DNA of 64,000 bases, taken from NCBI GenBank assembly GCA_965198005.1, contig CBDAOI010000001.1:1-64000 (forward strand), written 5' to 3'. This document shows positions 52,931-64,000 of the stretch, piece by piece. This DNA comes from Spirochaetia bacterium (GTDB taxonomy: Bacteria > Spirochaetota > Spirochaetia > SZUA-6 > Bin103). How positions within the stretch are numbered: the stretch's first letter is position 1; each line of letters starts with the position of its first letter. The notes beneath the pieces are model-generated. The model had not been told where the DNA came from, made no database searches, and was given only the letters and a program-made list of their open reading frames with translations. Made by a program: the position numbers and the translations under genes.

Positions 52931-53272
52931 CTTGACCAGCCACAGGGTGCGCCGCGCCAGCGCCGCCCGGGGCGGGATGCCCTCGGGCACCACCGCCGAG
53001 GCGAACAGTCCCTCGGCCCGGCAGCGCCGTGCGCGCTGGCCGAACGCGCAGCCGACGAACACCTCGTCGGGGCCGCACGCTGAGTGGGCCAGCGCCGCCC
53101 GGAACGCCGCATCGACGCCGGCCGCGCAGCCCACGAAGAACCCGAACCCGTGCCGGCGGAACCGCTCGACCAGCGCGCGGCAGACCGGCTGCTCCACCTG
53201 CCCGCGGCGGCTGCCGGCAAACAGCACCGAGCGCGCCGCCACCTTGAACCGCAGCGCCGGCTGATGGGGTAA

Positions 53273-54500
53273 TCACGATGACGCCGCCGGAATGTGCCGC
53301 CTCCCCCGGCGCGCGCGGGCGGATTCGGGTGCTGGCGGCTGCGACGCCGTGCGATCTCCGGACAGCCGCGCTCGCACACCGCAGTGCAACTCGGCGTCCG
53401 TCCGGGAAGGCCCCTTCCCTGCCCGCGGCGCCTGCTGGTTCTGCGCCGAACTACGTGTGTCGCACCGAACCTGCTCGCTTCCCGGGGTCGCTACTGTCCG
53501 CGCTTGCCGGTTCGGCGCCGAACCGCCGGCAGGTGCGACGCTGGAGTCGGCCGCAGCAGGACCGGGCGCAGGAGAGCCGGCAGCGACCGAGCCGGCGTAG
53601 CGCGAAGTCCGAGCGCCACTCCGGTCCGGGACCCGCGCCGCCTGTTGGTTCTGCGCAGAACCGGGTGTGGTCCGCTGGTCGTGCTCGCTCCCCGGGGCCG
53701 CTACTACCAGCTCCGCTCGCCGGTTCTGCGCCGAACTGTCGGCGCGCGCGACGCCGGGGCCGGCGACCGCCGAGCCGGCGGCGGCCAAAGCGGGTGCGGG
53801 GCTGCCAGCAACCGGACCCGCGGCAACCGAACTGCGGGCAGCCGCGGTCGCGGGCACCCCCTCGCCAGGCGCTCCGGCGGCGCAAGTCGACGAGCCGGCC
53901 TTGGATGCAACCGCGGCCACCACATCACCGGTAGCCCGGTGTTCGTCGGTGACGGCGAGATGCTGCTCGCACGTCTCGGCGGGCCGCGCCGGCACCGCCG
54001 CCCCCCGCTTGGCGCGACTCCGCTCCCGCATCGGGTCGTACTTCCGCTCCGCCTGCTGCAGCAGGTAGGCGAGCAGTTGCCCGGTGGTGAAGCCCGGGTT
54101 CACGTGCGACAGCCAGCCCTTCAGCTTGGCGATGGTCTCTATACTGCTCTGGTCCAGGATCACCCGCACCGCGTAGCGGCCGCCGCCGAGGGCGCGCTGC
54201 TGCTCTCGCGGCAGGCCCAGCTCCGGCTCCAGTTCCGCCAGCAGCTTCTCGGTCTCACGGGCCGACTTGTTGGCGACCAGATCGACCAGTTCGACCTTCT
54301 GGTCCCGGGTCCATGCCGGTGGTGGTTCCGTCGCGGGCGGCGACGGCGCAGACTCGCGGGCCGCACGGCCAAGCGCATCCATTACTGTAGTTCAGCTCCC
54401 GTACCGCGTACGCGAACAGACTCGGATAGCCACGTTCTTCGTACAGCTCACGGCGCTCTATTTCGTCCAAGTGCTGGATCGTAACGATGGTGAGTTCGGT
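53273..54500 (-). pseudogene. HNH-associated protein, frameshifted, HNH domain lost
   Basis: HL.EIERR.LY...GY.SLF.YAV.EL.YS N-terminus; ends RHIPAA where an HNH domain usually follows. Confidence 0.6.
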
Positions 54501-54514
54501 CTCGTGGCGGGCCA

Positions 54515-54870
54515 GTTCTCGGCAAATGCTTGCTGACCACGCTTCGCGTGCGCCGCGTAGTAGGTCAGCAATTCCGTGCTCGCCACGTGTAGCCACTGCA
54601 GCTTGCCGTTGATACTCATCCCGGTCTCATCGAAGCCGACCACCGGCTGACCACTGATAGCAGCACGGATGGTTTCGTTGATCCCCGCCACGCGCTGCCC
54701 GCAGAGGTCGTTGATGTTCACCAACGTCCCCACACTAATCGGAATCGAGAACAAATCCTCGAACAGCTCCGCCGTTCTCTGATACGGCAGCAGGCCGTAA
54801 TTCTTCAGATACGTCGCTATCGCTTGCAGCCGGCAGCCGTACTGCACCGGTGAAATCGCCAAGCTGGTTC
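54515..54870 (-). mobile_element. IS66 transposase internal fragment
   Basis: PVQYG, LPYQR..E...DLF, FDETG, WLHV.S. Confidence 0.8.
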
Positions 54871-55576
54871 GGGCTCGCGACGAGCTTACGTATCTGGTAA
54901 TCGTAACGTCCGCCAGGTTCCTCATGAACACGCTGCGCGAGCACCCTGCTGCCGGCGAAGTGGTGGCCGCGATCGATCAGTACCTGCCGACCTACGGGCA
55001 TCAGGGGTACTCGTTGGACTTCGTCGAACCGACCCAGGCGGAGGACCCGGCGGGGCCGTTTGCCACGCTGAAAGCGATGGTCGGCGACCAGGACTACGAC
55101 CCTGAGCATCAGCGCGCCAAGGCGGCAGCTATCCGCGAGGAGAAACTCGAGCAGATCTCGGAGCTGCTGAGCGGCCTGGAGTACTGGCAGTTTCGCTACC
55201 GGCTGTGGCTGGCCAGAAGGTACGCTCCGGTCCGCGACGAAGTCTCCTTCCTGTTGGGCTCGTGCTGGTCGGTAGTGCGCCCCATGGCGTTCGAACTGGG
55301 CCGGAGCTCCGGTCAGGTCACCGCCAAGGCGAGCGTGGTGATGGGCCCGGCGGACTTCGCCAAGATGGAGCCAGGATCGATCCTCGTTTCGCCGTTGACC
55401 ACGCCGGCCTGGACACAACTGTTTGCCCATGCCGCGAGCCTGGTCACCGATCGATCGTTGCGCGGGAATATGGCATCCCGGCAGTGCTGGGGGTCGGTAA
55501 CGGCACCGAGCGCATCGCGCACGGTCAGCTGATCACCATCGACGGCGACGCCGGTACGGTAGCGATCCACGACTGA
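54860..55576 (+). pseudogene. PEP-utilising enzyme (mobile domain) fragments
   Basis: ILV.P.TTPAWT.LF..A..LVTD, IVAREYGIPAV.G. Confidence 0.8.
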
Positions 55577-56110
55577 AGACGGAAAGATGACGAATGCGGC
55601 TCATCGCGGCATCGACGTGAGCGGGGGGGTGGAGCGGGGGGAGCAGGCTCGTCTGGTCCAGTAGGCGGTCGCCCATGCCCATTGTCCATGGGGCGCATTG
55701 TCAGTTACGGCCCCCAAGAAAAGGGAGCCCGTGGACAACACCGGCATCTCGCTGCTCGAACGACCGCGCCCACGAGCTTCGCCAGCGCACCGCCTCGCGC
55801 GCTTCGGGCGCATACATGCCGTTTGTACTACAATAAGCGTTCCGCAATCGTAGCGGACCGTCCCGAAGAGGGGACCGACGTCTGGGCTGTGAATAGGGGG
55901 CTCATATCCCTCATCCCGTTACGGCTCGTGGTCGACGGCCGCCCACCGATGTGCTACGGTTTGTGGCCGTAACGGTGCCGTTTGGCCGCCGGCTGCTCAA
56001 GCTCGGCGTGGACAAGGATCTCACGCTGACACTCTTCGAGCACAAATGGCGCCGCAAAAGGACGGCTGCGTCAGAGTGCAGGTTCTCATCAACCTTGGAT
56101 TCCACACTGA

Positions 56111-56310
56111 TCACGATTTACGCGCAGAGAGGACAACAACGCGATCCCGCGCCAGATCCGCAGCGTACTGAAGCGCGGCCTGTATGTCTGGCTCCTCAAC
56201 GTTGTAGCCGTGAACGATCGCCTCTGTTGTCTCTCCCGCGGCAATGTTGTCGAGGATTACCGACACCATGACCCTCGTACCCCGGATGCACGGCTTCCCG
56301 TGATCGCCGC
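56111..56310 (-). pseudogene. DUF433 antitoxin-like
   Basis: GKPCIRGTR..V..IL...A.G....I...Y.....DI.AAL.YA. Confidence 0.8.
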
Positions 56311-56398
56311 TCGATCCAAGACTCAGGGGCGGCGCGCCCCTGACCTGATGCAGGCAAGATGCCCGGTCGGCGACCGGGGGGGCGGAGCGCTGCGGCAC

Positions 56399-56719
56399 TC
56401 AGGGGTCGCTAGCAGCCGGTGCCGCCCACGGGTCGATCAGTTCCAGGCCGCACGCTTCGAAGTCGGTGATGTTCCGTGTCGCCAGTTGGCATCGACGAGC
56501 GCGGGCCACCGCGGCGATCTGGCCGTCAACGACGCTCATCGGGCGGCCGATCTCACGGCGCGAGCCCATGATCTCACCGTAGATCGAGGCCGCGCCCCAA
56601 TCGAAATCGAGCACGCGCTCGGCAAATCCGCTGGATACGAATCGGTCGAAACGGTGTTGGAGATCGTCTCGGCGATGATGCATCAACTCCGACACCACGT
56701 TGGTGTCGATCAGGATCAT
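56399..56719 (-). pseudogene. VapC/FitB PIN toxin, internally deleted
   Basis: MILIDTNVVSELM, DGQIAA.A, LATRN..DF. Confidence 0.8.
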
Positions 56720-56954
56720 GGTGCCACGCGCACGGGTTGGTGTGGTGCCCGGTCGGGTAGTTCGAGATCTACTCCGTGAGCCGGCCCGAACAACTGCACT
56801 GCCAGGTCACCGATACTCTCCGGTGCTTCCCAAGCTGCTGCCGTCCCTTTGAGCGAGCGCCCGGGCAACGGCGAGCACGTCATCGTCGATCATCACGGCG
56901 GTACGCACGAATACATCGTCGCATTAACGCATCATCACGTCAAGGAGCATGCGC

Positions 56955-57095
56955 TACATCGCGATCAATCCCAAGCAGATGGATCGATTTCGTGACCGGT
57001 TTACGGCGTCCGGCGCCAAGGATGACCGCCGCGATGCGCGGGTGTTGGCGGACTCGCTGCGCACTGATCGACGCAGCTTTCGTCAGCTGTAGCTG
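56955..57095 (+). mobile_element. IS110 fragment matching 18443-18575
   Basis: AINPKQ.DRFRDRF...GAKDDRRDA. Confidence 0.8.
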
Positions 57096-57129
57096 AAGGT
57101 CTCGTCCCCTTCCGCCTCGTCGTCATCGA

Positions 57130-57837
57130 CTACCGGCACCACGAGCGGCTGCGTACCTGCCTGATGGTCTTTTCGAGGGCGCGGCGAACGGGGTTCACGA
57201 CCTGTGCCTCGGGGTCAATCGGATCAAGGTCATGGGTGGGCAGGGAGTCGAGGTTGAACTGTTCGCGCAGGTACTTGAAGAAGTTCTCCTGCGACCAGCG
57301 CGAGAACATGGCGCCGGCGACCTGTTGCACGGGCAGCTGTGGGTGGGTGGTGATCACTGGCACTTGGCGACCGGTGGCGAGCCGGCGCCGGATCTGGCGG
57401 ACGGTGAGCCCGTTGCGCAGTACTATCGGTTGCTCGGCGAGGTCAACGGTGGTGGCACTGGTTCCAGCGGGTGCATGGATCAGTACCTCAAGCGGGTGGA
57501 AGTCCTCCTCCGGCCAGTCCTCGCCCGTGAAGTTCTTGTGCCAGGTGATGCAGGCGATGCCGCGCCGGGCCAGCCGCTTGAACAGGTCCGGGCTCCAGCC
57601 CGCGCGGTCGAACACCAGGGTGAGCGCCGGCGCGCCGGCCTCCGGCACCACCCCCAGTTGCAGCAGGTGCGGCGCCACGTCCTGTTCGAGCGCCTGGTGC
57701 AGGCACAGCAGGGGCGTGCCACCGAGGGCGTTGATCCAGTCGCTCACGGACGCCGGCAAACACAGCTTCTGGCGCGCGACGAAGTGTTTCGGCAGCCGAC
57801 CGTTGCGCCCGGCGTATACCTTCACGTGGCCGTCCAT
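57130..57837 (-). mobile_element. Putative DDE transposase fragment
   Basis: DGHVKVY, VFDR.GWSP..F, MFSRWSQENFFKY. Confidence 0.75.
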
Positions 57838-58581
57838 TGTCCCGGATCAAGCCGAGCACCGCGTCGAGATCGATCCGTTCCAGGGGCGGGATGGATGAAC
57901 GTGCCTCATCGGCCACGTTCTCCCGCATCGCCTGGCCCGCCTCGACGTTGGCGTACACGCAGCGGAGGTCGCCCTGCCCGCCGCCGTTCAGCAGATCGCG
58001 CAGCGCCAGCAGCGCCGAGGTCTTGCCGGTCTGTCGCGGCGCGTGCAGCACGAAGTGGTCCGCGGCCACAACGGGCCCCTCCGTGTTGAACTTGCGCACG
58101 ATCACCATCGTCGCAGAGTTCGGCGCGGTTGTCATCCTCGCGACCGGCGCCGACGGTGAAGCGAATCAGGTCGCAGCGGAGTTCATGCCCGGTGGCGGCC
58201 GTGCGGTGCGCTTGAGGCGGGAGCACGCAGATCAGCGAGCGACAACGCCGGCGCCGCCGTACCGAGCACCCGTAAGCCGAGCGGCCCGAGCGGTTGACAG
58301 GGTTGCCGCGCGCACGTGCAGACACGAATTACAGCGACCTTCGCGGTGGCGTTGGTTCTGGTTCTGAACGCCACCGGCCTGTGGGCCGCGGGCGCAGAAA
58401 AGGAGCCGACTACTCGGCAGAACACCGTCCCCACGTCGCGTCGTGGGACGCGGGCCGTACATAACCCGCTCGATCGTGATCAGCGCTGCGGTTGGCGAAG
58501 CCTATGGCGCGCTGCGTCGCCCGCCGGATTTCGGCGTTCGCTGCTGTTCTGAGGCACGTCAATCCAGTGCACCGCCTTGGC
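57836..58581. repeat. Rearranged duplicate of 60537-61303
   Basis: Near-identical AAA N-terminus, promoter and orphan signal peptide. Confidence 0.88.
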
Positions 58582-58965
58582 AACCTTGGCATCGATGTAG
58601 CGCACCGGCAGCAGTCGGTGGCCGATCAGATCCACCGCAGCACCGCACTGCTCAAGCGGTATGTAGCCGAGCAACGGCTCATACTCGCCTTCTTCCGGTT
58701 CCATCTCGACGAACATGACCTCGCCATGAATGGCCCTGAACCCTTCGATACGGATCAAAGCCGGCCCACAGACCGTGCCCCCTACCACCTGCTGCGTTGC
58801 GGTCTGCAGCGCGACCTCTTCCTCCAACGCAAATGCCCCGAACCGCTCCTTCCAGGCCATCGGCAGCGTCAAGTAACCGGCGCCCGTGTCGACCAGCGCG
58901 TCGATGCGGACGACGCAAGTAGCAGACACATTCTCGACCACTACCGAAGTAACAATACGTCCCAT
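58560..58965 (-). CDS. Clan AA (retropepsin-like) aspartyl protease
   Basis: ALVDTGA..L.LP and EPLLG.IPLE motifs; stop region altered. Confidence 0.75.
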
Positions 58966-59141
58966 GAACGAGCGGAGCGTTTCCCCCTCGCCTCCTCGCG
59001 CCAGCATAGCGCTCTCGCGCCGGAATCGGCAAGTGGAAACCCGTCGGACGTGGACCTGATGGTCACTAACGCTTACCCGTTGAAGGGGAGAGCATCCTGG
59101 CTTCCTGGCCAGAATGCCTCGTCAGCAAGCCGCGCTTCGCG

Positions 59142-60812
59142 CTACATCCCCCAGACCGTGACCGGCACGCCAGTTCCCGCCGGGGTGCGGCGGAAGATCT
59201 TTTCCGCCCAGGATCGGTCCGGCGCGCGGTCGAACACGATCAGGTGGCCCGCCTCCGCCCCGCAACGGTCCATGTAGCCACGGATCTGCTCCACCCCCTC
59301 GGCGATGGTCCGCTCCAACCCCTTGCGCAGCACCTTGCACTCCACCACGAAACGGCGCTCGCGCCCACCCTGCGGCCACACGATCAGCAGGTCGGTGCGC
59401 CCGCGTCCCAGCGCGTACTCCCGCTCGATCCGCCCGCCGCCGTTCACGATGCGCTGCAGGTGCGCCTGCAGCAGCAACTGCGGGCCGGCCTCGTGGTACC
59501 GCTCGAAGCGCTGTACCCAGTGCTCGGAGTGCTCGCGAAAGAACTCCTGGAACGCCGCGATCAGCCCCTCCACGTCCAGCCCGCCGTCTGCGCCCACGTA
59601 CCATGCCATCTCTTGCGGCAGCCCCGCCTGCACCGCGTAGTTCAGATGGCGCGGCACCACCTCGGCGTAGATCGGGTTGGCGATGCGCGGCGTGCCGGCG
59701 GCGTCCTGCGCCACCAGCCCCAGGTCGCAGACGTAGGCGACGTCCTCGGTCGACCACGCCTGCTGGTCGGCACCGGTCAGAATCGGCTCCACCACGCGCC
59801 GCACGCGCTCCTCGCGCAGCTTGTGCGCCAGATCGTCGATGTGCGTGTCGCGGCGCAGGATCAGCCGCTCCTGCGCCTCCAGGATGGCGTCTGCCGTGAT
59901 CGGGCGCGCGCGCTCACGCCCCACCTCGTCCTCGAAGCATGCCTCCCGGCACAGCGCGTTCACCAGCCACGGCTGCCCGGCGGTCCGCGTCAGGATCAGC
60001 CGCACCGCCTCCTCCGTGAACACCTGCCCGGTCGCCGCCGTGTGCTGCCCCAGCAACGCCCGCACCTCCTGCTCCGAGAAGTCGCCCAAGCGCAGCGACT
60101 TGGCCTTGATGTTGAAGGCGCTGCCGCCGAGCACCAGCCGGTTCTCGGCAGTCGAGTGGATGCGGTAGTCGCGCACGTCACGCACCCCGCACAGGATGAT
60201 GCTGTGCGGGAAGCGCCCCGGGCGGTCGACGTAGCCGGTGCGCAACTGCCGCAGCACGGCCAGCAGGGTGTCGCCCACCAGCGCGTCGATCTCATCGATC
60301 AGCAGCACCAGCGGCCGCGAGTCGGCCATGCTCCAGCGCAGCAGCGCGTGCCGCAACGCCATGCCCGGCCCCACGCGCTCCAGCACCCCGGGCCAGAGGT
60401 CCTCCAGGGTGTCATCGTCCAGCGTCACGCTGGCCTGGAGCGCCAGTTCGGCAAGCACGGTGCGCAAGCCCTGGTCCGAGAATGCCGGCCCCCGCGCTCT
60501 GCCCCATGCGCCGTTTTCATGTCCTCTCGCAACACGGGATGAACGTGCCTCATCGGCCACGTTCTCGCGCATCGCCTGGCCCGCCTCGACGTTGGCGTAC
60601 ACGCAGCGGAGGTCGCCCTGCCCGCCGCCGTTCAGCAGATCGCGCAGCGCCAGCAGCGCCGAGGTCTTGCCGGTCTGTCGCGGCGCGTGCAGCACGAAGT
60701 ACTTCTTGTCCCGGATCAAGCCGAGCACCGCGTCGAGATCGATCCGTTCCAGGGGCGGGATGTGGTAGTGGTCCGCGGCCACAACGGGCCCCTCCGTGTT
60801 GAACTTGCGCAC
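59142..60812 (-). CDS. AAA+ ATPase with PD-(D/E)XK C-terminus
   Basis: FNTEGP, HAPRQTGKTS, LLIDEID, GQPWLVNAL, REYA.GRGR.D...ECK. Confidence 0.9.
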   Translation of the reverse strand: MRKFNTEGPVVAADHYHIPPLERIDLDAVLGLIRDKKYFVLHAPRQTGKTSALLALRDLLNGGGQGDLRCVYANVEAGQAMRENVADEARSSRVARGHENGAWGRARGPAFSDQGLRTVLAELALQASVTLDDDTLEDLWPGVLERVGPGMALRHALLRWSMADSRPLVLLIDEIDALVGDTLLAVLRQLRTGYVDRPGRFPHSIILCGVRDVRDYRIHSTAENRLVLGGSAFNIKAKSLRLGDFSEQEVRALLGQHTAATGQVFTEEAVRLILTRTAGQPWLVNALCREACFEDEVGRERARPITADAILEAQERLILRRDTHIDDLAHKLREERVRRVVEPILTGADQQAWSTEDVAYVCDLGLVAQDAAGTPRIANPIYAEVVPRHLNYAVQAGLPQEMAWYVGADGGLDVEGLIAAFQEFFREHSEHWVQRFERYHEAGPQLLLQAHLQRIVNGGGRIEREYALGRGRTDLLIVWPQGGRERRFVVECKVLRKGLERTIAEGVEQIRGYMDRCGAEAGHLIVFDRAPDRSWAEKIFRRTPAGTGVPVTVWGM

Positions 60813-61324
60813 GATCACCATCGTCGCAGAGTACGGCGCGGTTGTCATCCTCGCGACCGGCGCCGACGGTGAAGCGAATCAGGTCGCAGCGGACTTCACG
60901 CCCGGTGGCGGCCGCGCGGTGCGCTTGAGGCGGGAGCACGCAGGTCAGCGAGCGACAACGCCGGCGCCGCCGTACCGAGCACCCGTAAGCCGAACGGCCC
61001 GAGCGGCCCGAGCGGTTGACAGGGTTGCCGCGGGCACGTGCAGACACGAATTACAGCGACCTTCGCGGTGGCGTTGGTTCTGGTTCTGACCGCCACCGGC
61101 CTGTGGGCCCGCGGGCGCAGAAAAGGAGCCGGCTACTCGGCAGAACACCGTCCCCACGTCGCGTCGTGGGACGCGGGCCGTACATAACCCGCTCGATCGT
61201 GATCAGCGCTGCGGTTGGCGAAGCCTATGGCGCGCTGCGTCGCCCGCCGGATTTCGGCGTTCGCTGCTGTTCTGAGGCACGTCAATCCAGTGCACCGCCT
61301 TGGCCCTGAACCCTTCGATACGGA

Positions 61325-61556
61325 TGACTCGGATGTGGACCTGATGGTCGTTGAATCGGAACCGTTCGGAAAGAACCAGAGCCGGCGGCTGGAGTCCGTA
61401 CGACTCTGGAGGGCACCGTCACACTGTCGTGCCGAACGACATCGTCGTCTACAGCCGGGACGAACTGGAGCGCTGGCACGGTCCGATCAACCATCTCCTG
61501 GCGCGCACGTTCCGCGAGGGGAAGGTGCTATGGCTATATGGAAGCGAATCCGGCAG
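61325..61556 (+). pseudogene. Minimal nucleotidyltransferase fragment
   Basis: DSDVDLMVV and DIVVY...E......EGKVL. Confidence 0.6.
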
Positions 61557-62286
61557 ACCGCCTGCAGGGCGCATCGGTGCAGCATCCGCTGGGCACCGAC
61601 CAGTTGGGGCGGGACCTGTTGAGTCGCCTGCTCTACGGGGCTCGTATTTCGCTCATTGTCGGCCTGGCCGCCACCGCCATTACGGTTGCGGTAGCCGTCC
61701 TGGTGGGCGGTAGTTCAGGATTTGTTGGTGGCAAGCTGGACTTGGTCGTGCAGCGGGTGGTCAATGCCTGGATGGCGTTCCCGGGACTGCTGCTGTTGTT
61801 GACGGTGATGTCGATCGTGGGCCGGGGAATGGTGCAGATCATCGTGGTGCTCGGCATAACCGGGGGCATTCCGGCGTCACGGATCGTGCGCGGAGCGGTG
61901 ATCGGGGTCAAGCAGAGCACCTATTTTCTGGCGGCAGAGTCCATTGGCCGCAAGCAATGGGAGACGCTCGTCCGGCACGTGCTGCCCAACATCGCGGCTC
62001 CGATAGTCGTCATCTTCAGCATCAACATCGGAACGGCGATCATCGCCGAGGCCAGCTTGAGTTTCCTGGGCTTCGGTCTGCCGCTGGAGATTCCGAGCTG
62101 GGGCAGTCTGCTCAGCCGAGACGGGCGCAAGTACATGAGCAGGCGCCCTGGCTGGCGCTGTGGCCCGGTCTGTGCCTGACCATTCTCGTGTACAGCCTGA
62201 ACATGTTCGGTGATGCGCTGCGCGACTTGCTCGACCCCCGGCTGCGCGGCGGCCAGGGAAGTTTCGGCACCGCGGGAAAACGCTAA
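61538..62286 (+). pseudogene. OppC-like permease, 5'-truncated, frameshift near 62137
   Basis: HPLGTDQLGRD...GDALRDLLDPR in two frames. Confidence 0.85.
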
Positions 62287-62356
62287 CGCTTACCCGTTGA
62301 AAGGGAGAGCATCCTGGCATCCTGGCCAGGAGGCCTCGTCAGCAAGCCGCGGGTGG

Positions 62357-63643
62357 CGCTACATCCCCCAGACCGTGACCGGCACGCCAGTTCCCGCCGG
62401 GGTGCGGCGGAAGATCTGTTCCGCCCAGGTGGCCCGCCTCCGCCCCGCACCGGTCGACGTAGCGGCGGGTTTGCTCCACCCCGTCGGCGATAGTCCGCTC
62501 CAATTCCTTGCGCAGCACCTTGCACTCCACCACGAAGCGGCGTTCGCGCCCGCCCTGCGGCCACACGATCAGCAGGTCGGTGCGCCCGCGCCCCAGCGCG
62601 TACTCCCGCTCGATCCGCCCGCCGCCGTTCACTATGCGCTGCAGGTGCGCCTGCAGCAGCAACTGCGGGCCGGCCTCGTGGTACCGCTCGAAGCGCTGCA
62701 CCCAGTACTCGGAGTGCTCGCGGAAAAACTCCTGGAACGCCGCGATCCGCCCCGCCACGTCCAGCCCGCCGTCCGCACCCACGTACCACGCCATCTGGTG
62801 CGGCAGCCCCGCCCGCACCGCGGCGACGTCGGCGGCGGTCACCGTACGGGAACGGTCTTCGCGCAGCGTCTTGTTCTCGAAGCAGGCACCGTACGCCAGT
62901 GCGTTCACCAGCCAGGGCTGGCCGCGGGTCTGCGTCCACACGGCCTCCAGTGCCTCCGGGGCGAACGCCTGGCCGGTCTCTGCGGTGTGCTGGCCCAGCA
63001 GCGCCAGCGTCTGCTCGCGCGAGAAGTCGCCCAGCCGCAGCGACGCGGCGGCGATGTTGAACGGGCTGCCGGCGGCGCCCATGCGGTAGTCGCGCAGGTC
63101 GCGCATGCCGGACAGCACCACGCTGTGCGGGAAGCGTGCCGGGCGGCCGGGATAGCCGGCGCGGATCTGCTGGAGCACCGACAGCAGCAAATCGCCCACC
63201 AGCGTGTCGATCTCGTCGATCAGCAGCACCAGCGGAAGCGGCGACGCCTCCGCCCAGCGAGACAACGCTTCGCCCAGTGCCTCGTCCGCACCGACTCGCG
63301 CCAGCACGTCCGGCCAGATGTCGTCCGGAAAGCCGTCATCCAGCGTCGCCCGCGCCTGCGACGCCAGCCTGACGAGCACCGTGCGCATCGCCCGCTGCAC
63401 GTCGTCGCGCGCGGTACAGGCGGTTTCGACGGTAACGTACACGCACCGGTAGCCCCGCCCGTTCAGCACTTCGGCCAGCGCCAGCAGCGCCGACGTCTTC
63501 CCGGTTTGCCGCGGCGCATGCAGCACGAAGTACTTCTTGTCGCGCACCAAGCCGAGCACTTCGTCCGGATCGATCCTCGACAACGGCGCGATCAGGTAAT
63601 GATCGGTCGGATTGACGGGGCCGGCGGTGTTGAACGAACGCAG
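62357..63643 (-). pseudogene. Second AAA+/PD-(D/E)XK paralog with deletions
   Basis: HAPRQTGKTS, LLIDEID; 3' part near-identical to 59142-59600. Confidence 0.85.
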
Positions 63644-63685
63644 GTTGACCAGTCACGCCTACGCTCCTATGGTAATCGCACAACC

Positions 63686-63795
63686 ATGGGAGCGACGTAC
63701 GTAGACGTGACGATCCGCAATCCCGCCGCACCGGCGAAGAGCTGGACCGGACGGTTCCTGGTGGATACGGGCGCCTTCAACTCGCTGGCGCCGCG
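63686..63795 (+). pseudogene. Clan AA aspartyl protease N-terminal stub
   Basis: MG.TYVDVTIRNP......FLVDTGA. Confidence 0.7.
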
Positions 63796-64000
63796 CCGGC
63801 TGCGCCGGCACGGCACCACGGCACCGCGAGCGGTTGACATGCTTGCCGCGCGTGCGAGCGTGCAGCGTTCGGGGATCGACGGATGGGAATGAGGCAGTAC
63901 GGCCACTCCGTGACACGTAAGACCATGACAAGCGATGCGCAGCTATCGCCCCCTGGTCAGCTTTTTCCGACTGGGCGCCACAGCCAGCGCAGTGACCGGT

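Noticed and set aside
1-64000. rRNA or complete tRNA genes
   Set aside because: None recognised by eye

Overview
GC-rich bacterial DNA, probably from a Spirochaetota symbiont. The inference rests on spirochaete-style 'LWA(G/A)G..E' signal peptides and on expanded AAA/PD-(D/E)XK, toxin-antitoxin (TA) and FG-GAP genes typical of sponge-symbiont genomes. The window is dominated by paralogous family-5 (Opp/Dpp-like) ABC clusters of binding protein (SBP) plus two permeases, with no ATPase gene anywhere. These are interleaved with argS, an M20 peptidase, an MFS transporter, an aldo/keto reductase, a CRTAC1-like protein, a Gfo/Idh/MocA oxidoreductase, many TA genes or fragments, and IS remnants. The main candidate for a new system is a conserved leader found in four copies, three of them directly before SBP genes. 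It consists of a sigma70-like promoter, a strong Shine-Dalgarno (SD) site, an 11-codon uORF M(I/V)LK(E/Q/G)PH(A/V)RAA, and two predicted pseudoknots, which suggests ribosome-coupled attenuation or a riboswitch. The second candidate is an IS66-family element bounded by a direct repeat that carries a translationally coupled DUF4338/DruA-like gene. The sequence is highly mosaic, with truncations, microhomology junctions and single-base frameshifts, so gene adjacencies may be assembly artefacts. All family calls are by-eye motif recognition; no searches were run.
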